Below are positions 46,460 through 55,429 of a stretch of 64,000 nt of DNA, piece by piece. The notes beneath the pieces were generated by a model. It did not search any database. It was not told where the DNA came from and was given only the letters and a program-made list of their open reading frames with translations. The position numbers and the translations under genes are program-made. How positions within the stretch are numbered: the stretch's first letter is position 1; each line of letters starts with the position of its first letter. This DNA comes from Ostreococcus lucimarinus (Eukaryota): NCBI GenBank assembly GCA_000092065.1, contig CP000587.1. One strand, written 5' to 3'.

Positions 46460-48437
46460 GTCGCGCGCGATGTCGGCCGCGTCACCATCGCGCGCGCTCG
46501 CGCGCGCGCGCGCGGCGAGCGCGTCCTCGACCGCGCCGTCGTCGTCGACGGAATCGCCGCCGGCGTCGCGACGACCTCGCGCGCGTCCGCGCCGCGCGCG
46601 CGCCGCGACGCTTCGCGCGGTGACGCCGCGCGACGCCGAAATCATGACCCGCGTGTGCGAGCTCGCGCGCGCGCGCGAGGGCATCGCGGCGCCGCACCCG
46701 CTGAGCGCGTGCGCGGTGACGCGAGGCGACGGCGACGTCGTCGTCGAGGCGACGCACGCGGGACAAGGGTCCACGCGGGCGGAAATCGCGTGCGCGGACG
46801 AGATGCGGCGACGGGGCGCGACGCTGAACTCGAGCGATCGAGGGACGGTGTACGTGAACCTGGAGCCGGCGCACGGGGAGGTGGCGGGGGAGACGCGGAG
46901 CGTGGAGGCGCTCGCGGCGACGGGGGCGACTCGCGCGGTGGTCGGGATGTTGCATCCGCTCCCAGGATTGCGAGGACGCGCGGTGCGAGCGCTGAGAGAG
47001 CGAGGGATAGAGGTGTGCGTGCTCGAGGGCGAGGCCGAGGGGTTCGAGGGCGAGGCGGCGCGAGCGTGTCGAGAGACGAACGAGGCGCTGTTGTATCGCG
47101 TCGCCACGGGTTTGCCGTTTAGCGTGTACAAGTACGCGATGACGCTCGATGGGAAGATTGCGACTGATACGGGACATTCGTCGTGGGTGACCGGTGCCGA
47201 GGCGCGCGAAATGGTGTTTCGCGAGCGGAAGCGTGCGGACGCTGTGGTCGTCGGCGGCGGAACGGTGCGGAAGGACAATCCGAGGCTGACGTGTCGCGAA
47301 GAGACTGGGTTCCAACCTGCTCGAGTCGTTCTCACTCGATCTCTCGACTTGCCCGAAGACGCAAAGCTGTGGAATGTCCGCGGTGTGGCGCCGACGATAG
47401 TGTGCACCACGAAGGGCGTGAAACCGGAATTCCAAAACGCGCTGCGCGCCAAGGGCGTCGAAGTGGTGGAATTCGATGAACTCACACCCCTCGCCGCGGC
47501 GCAGTACATGTTCAAGAGAGGATTTTTGAGATGCTTTTGGGAGTGCGGCGGTGGTCTCGCAGCGCCGGCGATGAAGAGCGGAGTGTTTCACGAGGTTCTA
47601 GCATTCATCGCGCCAAAGCTTGTTGGCGGCGGCGCGCTCGCGCCGACGCCTCTGGGCAACTTGGGCATAGAAGCCATGCACGACGCGTTGCCATTATCCG
47701 GCGTGCGTCTCGAAATATACGGGCGTGACATTCTCATTCGTGGCTACGTCCCGAACTCGCACAGCACGGGACGACTAAGCCAGCTCGCGAGCGCCGGATA
47801 TAGCGTTCGCGGGTTGGAGTTCAACGTCGGTGAGAGCTCGGACGACGATGAACGCACCGATGATGGATCACTCATTTCCGTCGAGCGAGCGGTAGCATCA
47901 CTCGTGAACGACGATGAAGTTTGCGATATGGATAATCTTCCACCGGTTAAATTTTACAAAGCCTGGGACGAGTATGGAGCGCTGAGCAACTTTTCCCCGT
48001 TTCCCGTGAGCGTCGACGGCGTGGAATGGCCCACGGTTGAACATTACTATCAGGCACAAAAGTTCGCCGGCGTGCACAACGACATCGCACGCGAGTCGTT
48101 TGAGAAAATCAAACTCGCAGAATCACCTGAGGCGGCAGCAAAAATCGGTCGAAGCGCTCAAGCCGCTCATCCCGAAAGCGTTCGAAAGGATTGGGACGAT
48201 GTCAAGGTTGACGTCATGCGACGAGCGCTGACGGAGAAGCTAGTAAGGTATGAAGGACCAAGGACGTTGCTCATGGAATCTGTTTGCACCGATGGTCGTG
48301 TGCGCGTCATCGAAGACTCCCCGGTTGATGGCGTATGGGGCGCCGGTCGAGACGGAACTGGCCAAAATTTACTGGGGGCGCTGCTCGTGAATATCAGAGA
48401 AGATCTCGTGAGCGGGCGTTTAGACGTTGAAAAATGA
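46460..48437 (+). CDS. PYRR: Riboflavin-pathway PyrR-type triple-domain protein: degenerate deaminase-like domain + pyrimidine reductase (RibD-C) + COG3236/YbiA-type N-glycosidase (DUF1768)
   Basis: The deaminase-like domain has HAGQ in place of HAE and EPAHGE in place of PCxxC, so the Zn ligands are lost, as in plant PyrR. The reductase segment is PFSVYKYAMTLDGKIATDTGHSSWVTGAEAR...VVVGGGTVRKDNPRLT. The C-terminal segment is KFYKAWDEYGALSNFSPFPVSVDGVEWPTVEHYYQAQKF. The track start at 46209 overlaps the preceding gene. I used the in-frame ATG at 46470. Reported start is 46460 (reasoning indicates 46470). Confidence 0.85.
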
Positions 48438-48471
48438 TTAGCTAAACTAGGAATTTGTTCACGACAATTGT

Positions 48472-50202
48472 CTACGTTGAACTCAGCATGCTATGGATTT
48501 CGCGTAACAGAGCCTTGGCCGCGTGTTTCGCCGGTCCCGGCGCGTCCAAGAGGCGCACGCACGCGGCTTCGGCTTCTTCGAGTCGTCGCTCCTTCTTATA
48601 AAACTGAGACAAAAACTCCAACGCCTCGATCTTCTCGTTACTATCGGCGTCTAAGACCTCGGCGTCTAAGCGCTTGAGATTGAGGAGATAGTAATGCGCC
48701 GCCGCCTTTTCATTCTTCTCTCTGTGGAGAGTGGCAAGTTTGGATAGTGCGATGCCTTCGCGCTCGTTGTTCGCCACGGCGCGTTGATAGCATCGGATCG
48801 CGGACTGAAACAAACGGAGCTGGTCGGACTCGTAGCACTGACCCATCGCACACCACATTCGTGGATCCGACGGACGAAGTTTGACCGCTTGTTGGTAGTA
48901 GTAGAGCGCGTAATAAGGCATTTGTAAGATTTCGTACGTCTGTCCCAAGCCGTACCACGCGCGATAATCGCGCGGGTTGATGTCCACTGCGTGTCTGTAC
49001 GCGTCGATGGCCGCCGCCGGGTTTTTCATCTCCACGTACTCGTGTCCCATCAAAGTCCAGGCGCTCAAGTATCGCGGGTTGAGCTTCAGCGCGCGCTTGA
49101 AGTACACCACAGCCTTGGCGTGCATCGATTTCAGCGAGTAGTAATTGCCGACGACGCAACAAGTCTCGGGGGTGTACTTATCGGTGGCGACTAAGTGATG
49201 CGCCAAGTGCGAGAGCTCGGCGAACGATTCCTTCACGTACAGGACGTTTGAATAATTATCCATGCCATCGATACGATACGGATCCAAATCTCGAATGTCC
49301 TTGTAAATTTCCTGCGCCTCATCGAATTCGCGCAAGTTGTAGTGCGCCTCCGCCATGTGTCCCAGCAACAGCTTACTCTGCGGGAATTCTTTCCCGAGCG
49401 ACACGAAGGTGTCCAAGCTTTCTTTGTTCTTTTGCATTTCGAGTTGAAAGACGCCGATGAACCAGCGATAGACCCAATGCTCGCGCGGAAGATCGAGCGC
49501 CTGCTCTTCCTCCTCGCTCGTCAACATCGGAATCAACGCCTGCCACGCGCTCCAATTGAGCGGGTACTTCCGACACGCCTCCGCGAGCAAATCTTTCGCC
49601 TGCGTCGGCTGTCCACTCTCCCGACAGACGATGCCGTGAAGATAGGTCAAAAACCCATCCTTCGCTCCCGAATAATCCTGCGCGCGAAGCCACTCGCTCA
49701 ACGACTCGAGCTCGGCGTTCGTCCCCGCGTTCGGCTCTGGCGCTTGTTTCCGCGCCCCGATCGACGGCGTCTGCGACGAATCCACCGCACCCGCCCCCCC
49801 ATCGACGTCCCCCCCCCCCACCGCGCTCGCCTGCCCCTTACTCTTCTCCCCCGCTAAAAACGTCGCGTACTCTCGCAAAAACGTCTGCAACGGCGCGTTC
49901 GCCTCTCGCAGCGCGTGCGCGCACCGCCTGTACTCCCCCAGATCAAAATACGCCTTCGCGAGCGAGTACGCGTCGTCCATCATCGCCTCGTCCTCGTCCT
50001 CGTCCTCGTCCATCGCCGCGCTCGTCGCCGTCGCGCCGTCCGCGTCCGCGTCCGCGCGCGCCGTCTCGAGTCCACACAGCTGTTCGCACGCCCACGCCGC
50101 CGCGCGCGTCAGCCCGCGCGCGCGACACCTCGCGATCGCGTCCCTGAGTTCGCGCGCGCGTCCCGCGTCGCCGCTCGCGTCGCCGCGGCGTCCCATCGCC
50201 AT
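48472..50202 (-). CDS. APC8: Anaphase-promoting complex subunit 8 (APC8/CDC23), TPR protein
   Basis: DYRAWYGLGQTYEILQMPYYALYYYQQAVKLRPSDPRMWCAMGQCYE and LNPRYLSAWTLMGHEYVEMKNPAAAIDAYRHAVDINP are near-diagnostic CDC23 TPR blocks. The N-terminal ANAPC8 segment is ELRDAIARCRARGLTRAAAWACEQL. Start ATG at 50202 (MAMGRRG). An alternative ATG lies at 50370 (the track start at 50373 is GTG). Confidence 0.85.
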   Translation of the reverse strand: MAMGRRGDASGDAGRARELRDAIARCRARGLTRAAAWACEQLCGLETARADADADGATATSAAMDEDEDEDEAMMDDAYSLAKAYFDLGEYRRCAHALREANAPLQTFLREYATFLAGEKSKGQASAVGGGDVDGGAGAVDSSQTPSIGARKQAPEPNAGTNAELESLSEWLRAQDYSGAKDGFLTYLHGIVCRESGQPTQAKDLLAEACRKYPLNWSAWQALIPMLTSEEEEQALDLPREHWVYRWFIGVFQLEMQKNKESLDTFVSLGKEFPQSKLLLGHMAEAHYNLREFDEAQEIYKDIRDLDPYRIDGMDNYSNVLYVKESFAELSHLAHHLVATDKYTPETCCVVGNYYSLKSMHAKAVVYFKRALKLNPRYLSAWTLMGHEYVEMKNPAAAIDAYRHAVDINPRDYRAWYGLGQTYEILQMPYYALYYYQQAVKLRPSDPRMWCAMGQCYESDQLRLFQSAIRCYQRAVANNEREGIALSKLATLHREKNEKAAAHYYLLNLKRLDAEVLDADSNEKIEALEFLSQFYKKERRLEEAEAACVRLLDAPGPAKHAAKALLREIHSMLSST

Positions 50203-50513
50203 CGCGTCGCCGACCGACGGCGCGCGCGCGTTTGAATCGCGGCGCCGCGCGGGGCGACCGACCGCGCGGGCGTCCGATTTTTTAACGTCTTCGCGCCGCG
50301 CGGCGTCGTACACCGAGACGCGCGAACGCCATCGGCGTCCGCGCGTCCGCGCGTCCGAGCGATCCGCCATCACTTTTTATCGACGACGCGCGTGCGCGAT
50401 CATGGGCTTAAATGCGCGTTGAATGCGGACGTCGATCGCGACCGTCGATCGCGGTGGTCGATCGCGCGATCTCGCGCGCGCGATCGGCATTCCTGCACAC
50501 GCACATTTCTGCA

Positions 50514-51590
50514 ATGTCTGCCCTTCTCGCTTCCTCCTTCGTCGGCCGCGTCGCCGCCTTCAAGGCGACCAAGATCCAAGTGCGTATTTTTTCGAGCGCG
50601 CGCGCGACGCGCGGACGCGCGGCGCGGCGCGGAGGCGTCGCGCGACGCGCGCGAACGCGGGGCGGGCGCGGATGCGTATCGTATCTCGCGGGCGCGCGCG
50701 TGGGCGCGCGTGGGCGCGCGCGGGCGCGCGGACGGGCGCGGGGGGGGGGAGAAACGAGCGAGTGGGAATGTTTCGCGTCGTTCGCGGGCGCGGCGGGCGC
50801 GGCGGGCGCGGCGCGCGCGCGTGGGGGGGTGGATACGCGCGCGCGGTGGATGCGCGGATACGATACGGTTTTCGGGGAGATCTTTCCGGGGGCGACCGAC
50901 CGACCGATTGGATGACCGAGAGACTGACGACTATGATTTTTCGCTCGATCGCAGGCCAAGTCTGTCTCCACGACCGTCAAGGCTGACATCTACCCGGAAT
51001 TCGGTACCTACCCGGGCGGTGGCGAATCCCCGATCATCCCGTTCGGCGATGAAAAGAACGCCGAGCGCGAAGTGATCCACGGCCGCTGGGCGATGCTCGG
51101 CGTCACCGGCGCGTGGGCCGCCGAAAACGGCACCGGCATCCCGTGGTTCACCGCGGGTACCTTGTGCACCCCGGATGACTGCACCGCCGTCGCGGACAAG
51201 TTCCCGGGCGCCGTCGCCCCGCTCGCGCCGGAAGGCTCTGGCTACCCGTCCTTCTGGAACGTTCTCATCATCGAGATCGTTCTCGTCGGCGCCGCGGAAG
51301 CGTACCGTACCGGTATCTCCGACTCTCCGTTCGATGATGGCCTCACCGTCGGTGACGTCAACCCGGGTGGACGCTTCGACCCGCTCGGCCTCGCCGAGTC
51401 TGGCGACCTTGAAGAACTCAAGATCAAGGAGCTCAAGCACTGCCGCTTGTCCATGTTCGCGTGGTTGGGCTGCATCTTCCAAGCGCTCGCCACCCAAGAA
51501 GGCCCGATCGCCAACTGGCAATCCCACGTTGCGGACCCGGTTCACTCCAACGTCCTCACCAACGCGGCCAAGGGCTTCGGCTTCTACTAA
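50514..51590 (+). CDS. LHCP: Prasinophyte-type light-harvesting chlorophyll a/b-binding protein (LHCP), 2 exons
   Basis: Exon 1 50514..50579 encodes MSALLASSFVGRVAAFKATKIQ. Intron 50580..50954 has GTGCGTA ... GAGAGACTGACGA ... ATCGCAG. Exon 2 50955..51590 encodes AKSVSTTVKADIYPEFGTYPGGGESPIIPFGDEKNAEREVIHGRWAMLGVTGAWAAE...ELKIKELKHCRLSMFAWLG...NVLTNAAKGFGFY, the Mamiellales-specific Lhcp sequence class. There is an in-frame stop inside the intron. Confidence 0.9.
50580..50954 (+). other. LHCP intron (375 nt) with GC-rich tandem repeats and flanking 11-bp inverted repeat
   Basis: GTGCGTA donor. Internal repeats are (GCGCGCGTGG)-like x4 at 50688..50740, G9 at 50739..50747 and (GGGCGCGGC)x3 at 50784..50810. 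Inverted repeat CGTATCGTATC (50673..50683) pairs with GATACGATACG (50854..50864). Branch GAGAGACTGACGA at 50914..50926. Acceptor CAG at 50952..50954. Confidence 0.8.
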
Positions 51591-51744
51591 ATCCTACGAC
51601 TTAGACCATTCGTTTAGTCTCAGTAGTCGACAACGAGGATGATAAACATACATGCGTCATGTCTTCCGAATAACACTCATCTGTTGTAACAATCTGTAAA
51701 ATGATGCAGTTTAATTAATTATTGCATACGCGCACTGTGGCTAT

Positions 51745-54700
51745 CTAATTGTTCGATGCATCTCTCAACACTCGGCGTCGTTTCGCCACACGGGCCGCGA
51801 GCGGCGCCTCAGACATTTTCTTGGCGCGCGTTTGTCGTCGCTGGCTCAACGCCACCGGCGCCGGGGCCGCGTGTTTTGTCACCTTCTTCGGCGCGGCTTC
51901 TGTTGCCTTCGCTGGGGGCGCGACCGCCACAGCTGGTTTTTTCCGCGCAGACACTTTTGCGGGAGGCGCGATCGTTGATTTTTCGACGATCGGCTTCTTC
52001 GTACTAAACTTCTTCGTCGTTTTGCCGCGAAGAGCGAGCACTTTTTCGAGCGCCGCCCCTGTGGGCAAGGACTTTCTTCCGAACAACAAGTGCGCATCCA
52101 ACGCCGTTTCGGGCGTGGACACCCACGACTTGAAGAACTCGGGAGACACGACGACGACGTCACCGCCGCATTCGAGAAGTGGTTCGAGACGAGGGACAGC
52201 CGCCGGCGACGATGCGTCGACTTGATCAGAGACGACGAAGTCGGCGACGTCGGCTTGAGTAAGACAAACGTCGCCTTTGGACGACACTGAAGATAGTGAA
52301 GCGCCACCAGCTCGCAAAACTGTGTCGAGCATTTTCTGCTCGAGTTTGGCGCTCGGGGCAAATGGTAAAATTGCGATGGAAAGCCCGTCGAACGCGCTCG
52401 CGCCCGGGACGTTGGACCAGTGCGCCGCGGCGTCGCTCGAGATCACACCCATCTCGGCGCCGCGACCTCCACGCCAAATGTATTTGGCAGTCACCGGCAA
52501 CACTTCGCCAGCGGACGCGCACGCGTCCAAATAAGAAATATCAAGTAGAGAAGCACCGGAGACCGCACCAGCGAGGAATTTAATTGAACGACTCCCGCGC
52601 TCGCCGAAGACAACGTGCGTTGTCGACGGTTCCCATTCGTGGCCGGGGCACAACACTGCGCCAATTCGACGAACAATGGAGGAATACTTCTTGATTCCGG
52701 CGGAGCTAAAGCCACTGAGCGTGATATGCGCTTTCGGATTCGTCACGAGGACAGCTTCGGCGGCGCGCGTCGACACTTTGGGCGTAGTCTTTTTCACTTT
52801 CGCGGTCTTCTTTGGCTTCGCCGCAGGTACGGGTTTCTGCCTGGACGTCGATGCTTCCACGGCCGTGGTGCGTGTGCGGGTCGGTCGAGCCTCTGGTGTC
52901 GCTCTCCTCGCCTGTCTTTCCGCCAGCGAAGTTGCGCGTGCTTCTTCTGCGATCTCGACATCGGCTGGAGCCGCCGCCGACACCGCCGCCGCCGCAGGCT
53001 CGCTCACGTCGGCTTCTCCCATCTCGAGTTGATGCGGCAACTCTTCCCCTTCCTCCTGCCTTTTCTCTTCGCGCGCTATTTCTTCTTCCTCCTCCTCCTC
53101 CTGTTCTTCGTTTTCTTCTTCTTCCAACTCCAATTGAGATAGCGGATGCTGACTCAGCGGAGCTTGCTGAGTTGGATCCGGTTCAGTCGGGCCGGCGAGC
53201 AGCTCGTACAATCCAGCGAGAACATCTCTCAACGACCTTTGTACTTCTTTGAGCAAAATACCTCGAAGATTTCCGGGCGCTCTAGCGGGAAGAGTGATAA
53301 TCGTATCTGCATTGACGAGGGTACCATCTCCATTGAAAAGTTGCGCCTGGTCGGTCTCTGAAAAGTTGTGAGCAAGTGCCAAGTAGGCGAGGAACGTCTT
53401 CAAGAGAGCATTCGGCCCTGGCTTGATTTGTTCGCCTTCCCTCACAGGCTGTTTCGCCGTCTCTACGCGTAACATTGCATGGATCAGCGAGCCAAGCGGC
53501 CCTTGTTGCTGCTGCATCTCCAACGTGTCCACAAGCTGCACTATCTCTTCGCAATATTCGCGATGAAGCTCGGACACCAAGACCACAGTGCCGCTGTACA
53601 ACGTTTGAATAATCAAGCCGCTCCCCGGACGTACCACCTCCTCTTCGCGAGCTTCTGAAATCCCCATGTCGAATACGTCGAAACGTGTTTCACCAGCCTT
53701 GATCCGACGCATCTTTTCTTCCGTATCGCCCGAGCTTCGCTGACCTCGTGCGACGAGAGCGTAAAAGTCATCCAGAGTCGTCATATCCGTCAACGGTTCC
53801 TGGTCGGCGTCGTCAAAGAAGCTAAACCACGCGTTTGCAGGCGCGAATCGTCCACCGAAAGCCATTTCCACGTCATTCGGGCTCCCAATCAGACCCGTAA
53901 ACACCGCTTCCGGTTGGCTCGTGCCCTCTTGCAAAGCTCTCTGAATGCTCGGGTCGATTCTGTTCCGAGCGCTCCTCGCCACGTGCGCGCCTCGCTTCAC
54001 CTCTTCTTCCCAGTCAGGCGATCGGAACGAAAGTTTTTGAGAGCTTCGTGATTTTGACGCAGACTTACTGCGATCACTTCTTACGGTAGAGGGTGTTTTC
54101 TTCGTGACGGTCGACGGCGCGCCTTGCGACGCGCCGGCGACGGCGAGCAACGTGTTCGCGTCGCTCGTGGATTTCCATTTCTTCGCACTCGTCGTGCCGT
54201 CGACAAGGCTGTCTGGGATGACGGATACTTCATTTGCCACATCTTCAACCTCATCCTCGCTATCCGGAACCACGCCCTGCGCCGCTAATTCATCTTCCTC
54301 CTTCCCGCTCCGGCTCGCGTACGACGCCTCGTTGGCTCGCGTCCACGTTCTGATGGAATCCTCCAACCATCGATGATTCACGATGTACGCGCTTCCGATG
54401 TCGCGTGCGCGCTCCCATTTCGCACCCGCGAACTCGTACGTCACCAGATGCGTCACCGAACGATCGAAAGCCTTTTGAAACTTCCCCCCCAGCACCCTCG
54501 TCATCGTCTCCACGTCTCGCCTTCGCGCCCCCGCGTATCCGGTCACGCACACCACGCAATCCCGCATCTCCTTCACCCCCTCCATCGTCTCCGGCGGCCT
54601 ATAAAGCACATTCTCATCCACGCTCAACACTCGTTTCGCGTGCACACACGCGCGCACCCACTCAGGATGCGCCGTCTCCGCGCCTCTCGCCCTCGCCCGC

Positions 54701-54918
54701 GTCGCCGTCGTCCCGCGCGCGCTCGCCAGCAACGCGTGCGTCACCCCTCCGTCCTCGACGTTCGCCCGCACCCGTCCACCGTGATGCACGACGAGTTTTT
54801 CGATCTCTCGTATCCTCTCCTCGTCCAGCGCCTCGCGCAGGCCCTCGCGCGCGCACACGACGACGTCGCGCAGGAACGGTTCACCGAGCTCGACGACCAA
54901 GCTCGGTTGGCTCGCCAT
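51745..54918 (-). CDS. BRCT-domain protein with N-terminal and C-terminal BRCT pairs (TopBP1/MCPH1/PTIP-like DNA-damage scaffold)
   Basis: The N-terminal BRCTs are FLRDVVVCAREGL...VVHHGGRV and MRDCVVCVTGYAGARRRDVETMTRVLGGKF...VTHLVTYEFAGAKWERA. The C-terminal BRCTs are ITLSGFSSAGIKKYSSIVRRIGAVL...THVVFGER and LSIAILPFAPSAKLEQKMLDTVLRAGGAS. There is an acidic E-rich middle and a K/A-rich basic tail. ATG confirmed at 54918. Confidence 0.55.
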   Translation of the reverse strand: MASQPSLVVELGEPFLRDVVVCAREGLREALDEERIREIEKLVVHHGGRVRANVEDGGVTHALLASARGTTATRARARGAETAHPEWVRACVHAKRVLSVDENVLYRPPETMEGVKEMRDCVVCVTGYAGARRRDVETMTRVLGGKFQKAFDRSVTHLVTYEFAGAKWERARDIGSAYIVNHRWLEDSIRTWTRANEASYASRSGKEEDELAAQGVVPDSEDEVEDVANEVSVIPDSLVDGTTSAKKWKSTSDANTLLAVAGASQGAPSTVTKKTPSTVRSDRSKSASKSRSSQKLSFRSPDWEEEVKRGAHVARSARNRIDPSIQRALQEGTSQPEAVFTGLIGSPNDVEMAFGGRFAPANAWFSFFDDADQEPLTDMTTLDDFYALVARGQRSSGDTEEKMRRIKAGETRFDVFDMGISEAREEEVVRPGSGLIIQTLYSGTVVLVSELHREYCEEIVQLVDTLEMQQQQGPLGSLIHAMLRVETAKQPVREGEQIKPGPNALLKTFLAYLALAHNFSETDQAQLFNGDGTLVNADTIITLPARAPGNLRGILLKEVQRSLRDVLAGLYELLAGPTEPDPTQQAPLSQHPLSQLELEEEENEEQEEEEEEEIAREEKRQEEGEELPHQLEMGEADVSEPAAAAVSAAAPADVEIAEEARATSLAERQARRATPEARPTRTRTTAVEASTSRQKPVPAAKPKKTAKVKKTTPKVSTRAAEAVLVTNPKAHITLSGFSSAGIKKYSSIVRRIGAVLCPGHEWEPSTTHVVFGERGSRSIKFLAGAVSGASLLDISYLDACASAGEVLPVTAKYIWRGGRGAEMGVISSDAAAHWSNVPGASAFDGLSIAILPFAPSAKLEQKMLDTVLRAGGASLSSVSSKGDVCLTQADVADFVVSDQVDASSPAAVPRLEPLLECGGDVVVVSPEFFKSWVSTPETALDAHLLFGRKSLPTGAALEKVLALRGKTTKKFSTKKPIVEKSTIAPPAKVSARKKPAVAVAPPAKATEAAPKKVTKHAAPAPVALSQRRQTRAKKMSEAPLAARVAKRRRVLRDASNN

Positions 54919-55429
54919 CGCGCGCGCCCGCGTCGCCGCGCGTCGCTCGCGCGCGTTTATCTCTCGCGCGTCGCGTCGAGACGTCGCGCTCGCGCGCGTC
55001 GCTCGCGCGGCGTCGCGCTCTCGCGTCGCGGCGTCGCGGGCGGAATTTGAATTCGCGTATCCGAATGTCCGAATACCGCACGCGCAGAATTTAATGCCTG
55101 TTTACCCATACACCACGCATCGTGAGCCAGTCACGCGCGCGCCTGGATTTAATGGACCTCCGACTGTTTGCGCACGCGCGCGCGCGCGCGCCCCGCGCGG
55201 GACGTCGGGACAACCGCCGCGTCGGCCGATCGCCGCACATCGACGCGCGACGCGCGAACGAGCGACGTCGGCGCGCGCGCGCGAGGACCGCGCGCGACGA
55301 ATCGACGCGCCCGAGCGACGGTAGACGTCGAACGAGACGCGCGCGGAACGACGACGCGCGCATTCCTTTGACGCGGGAAGAGGACGTTTTTGAAATTTAA
55401 ACGCGGCGCGACGCGGCGACGGCGGCGCG

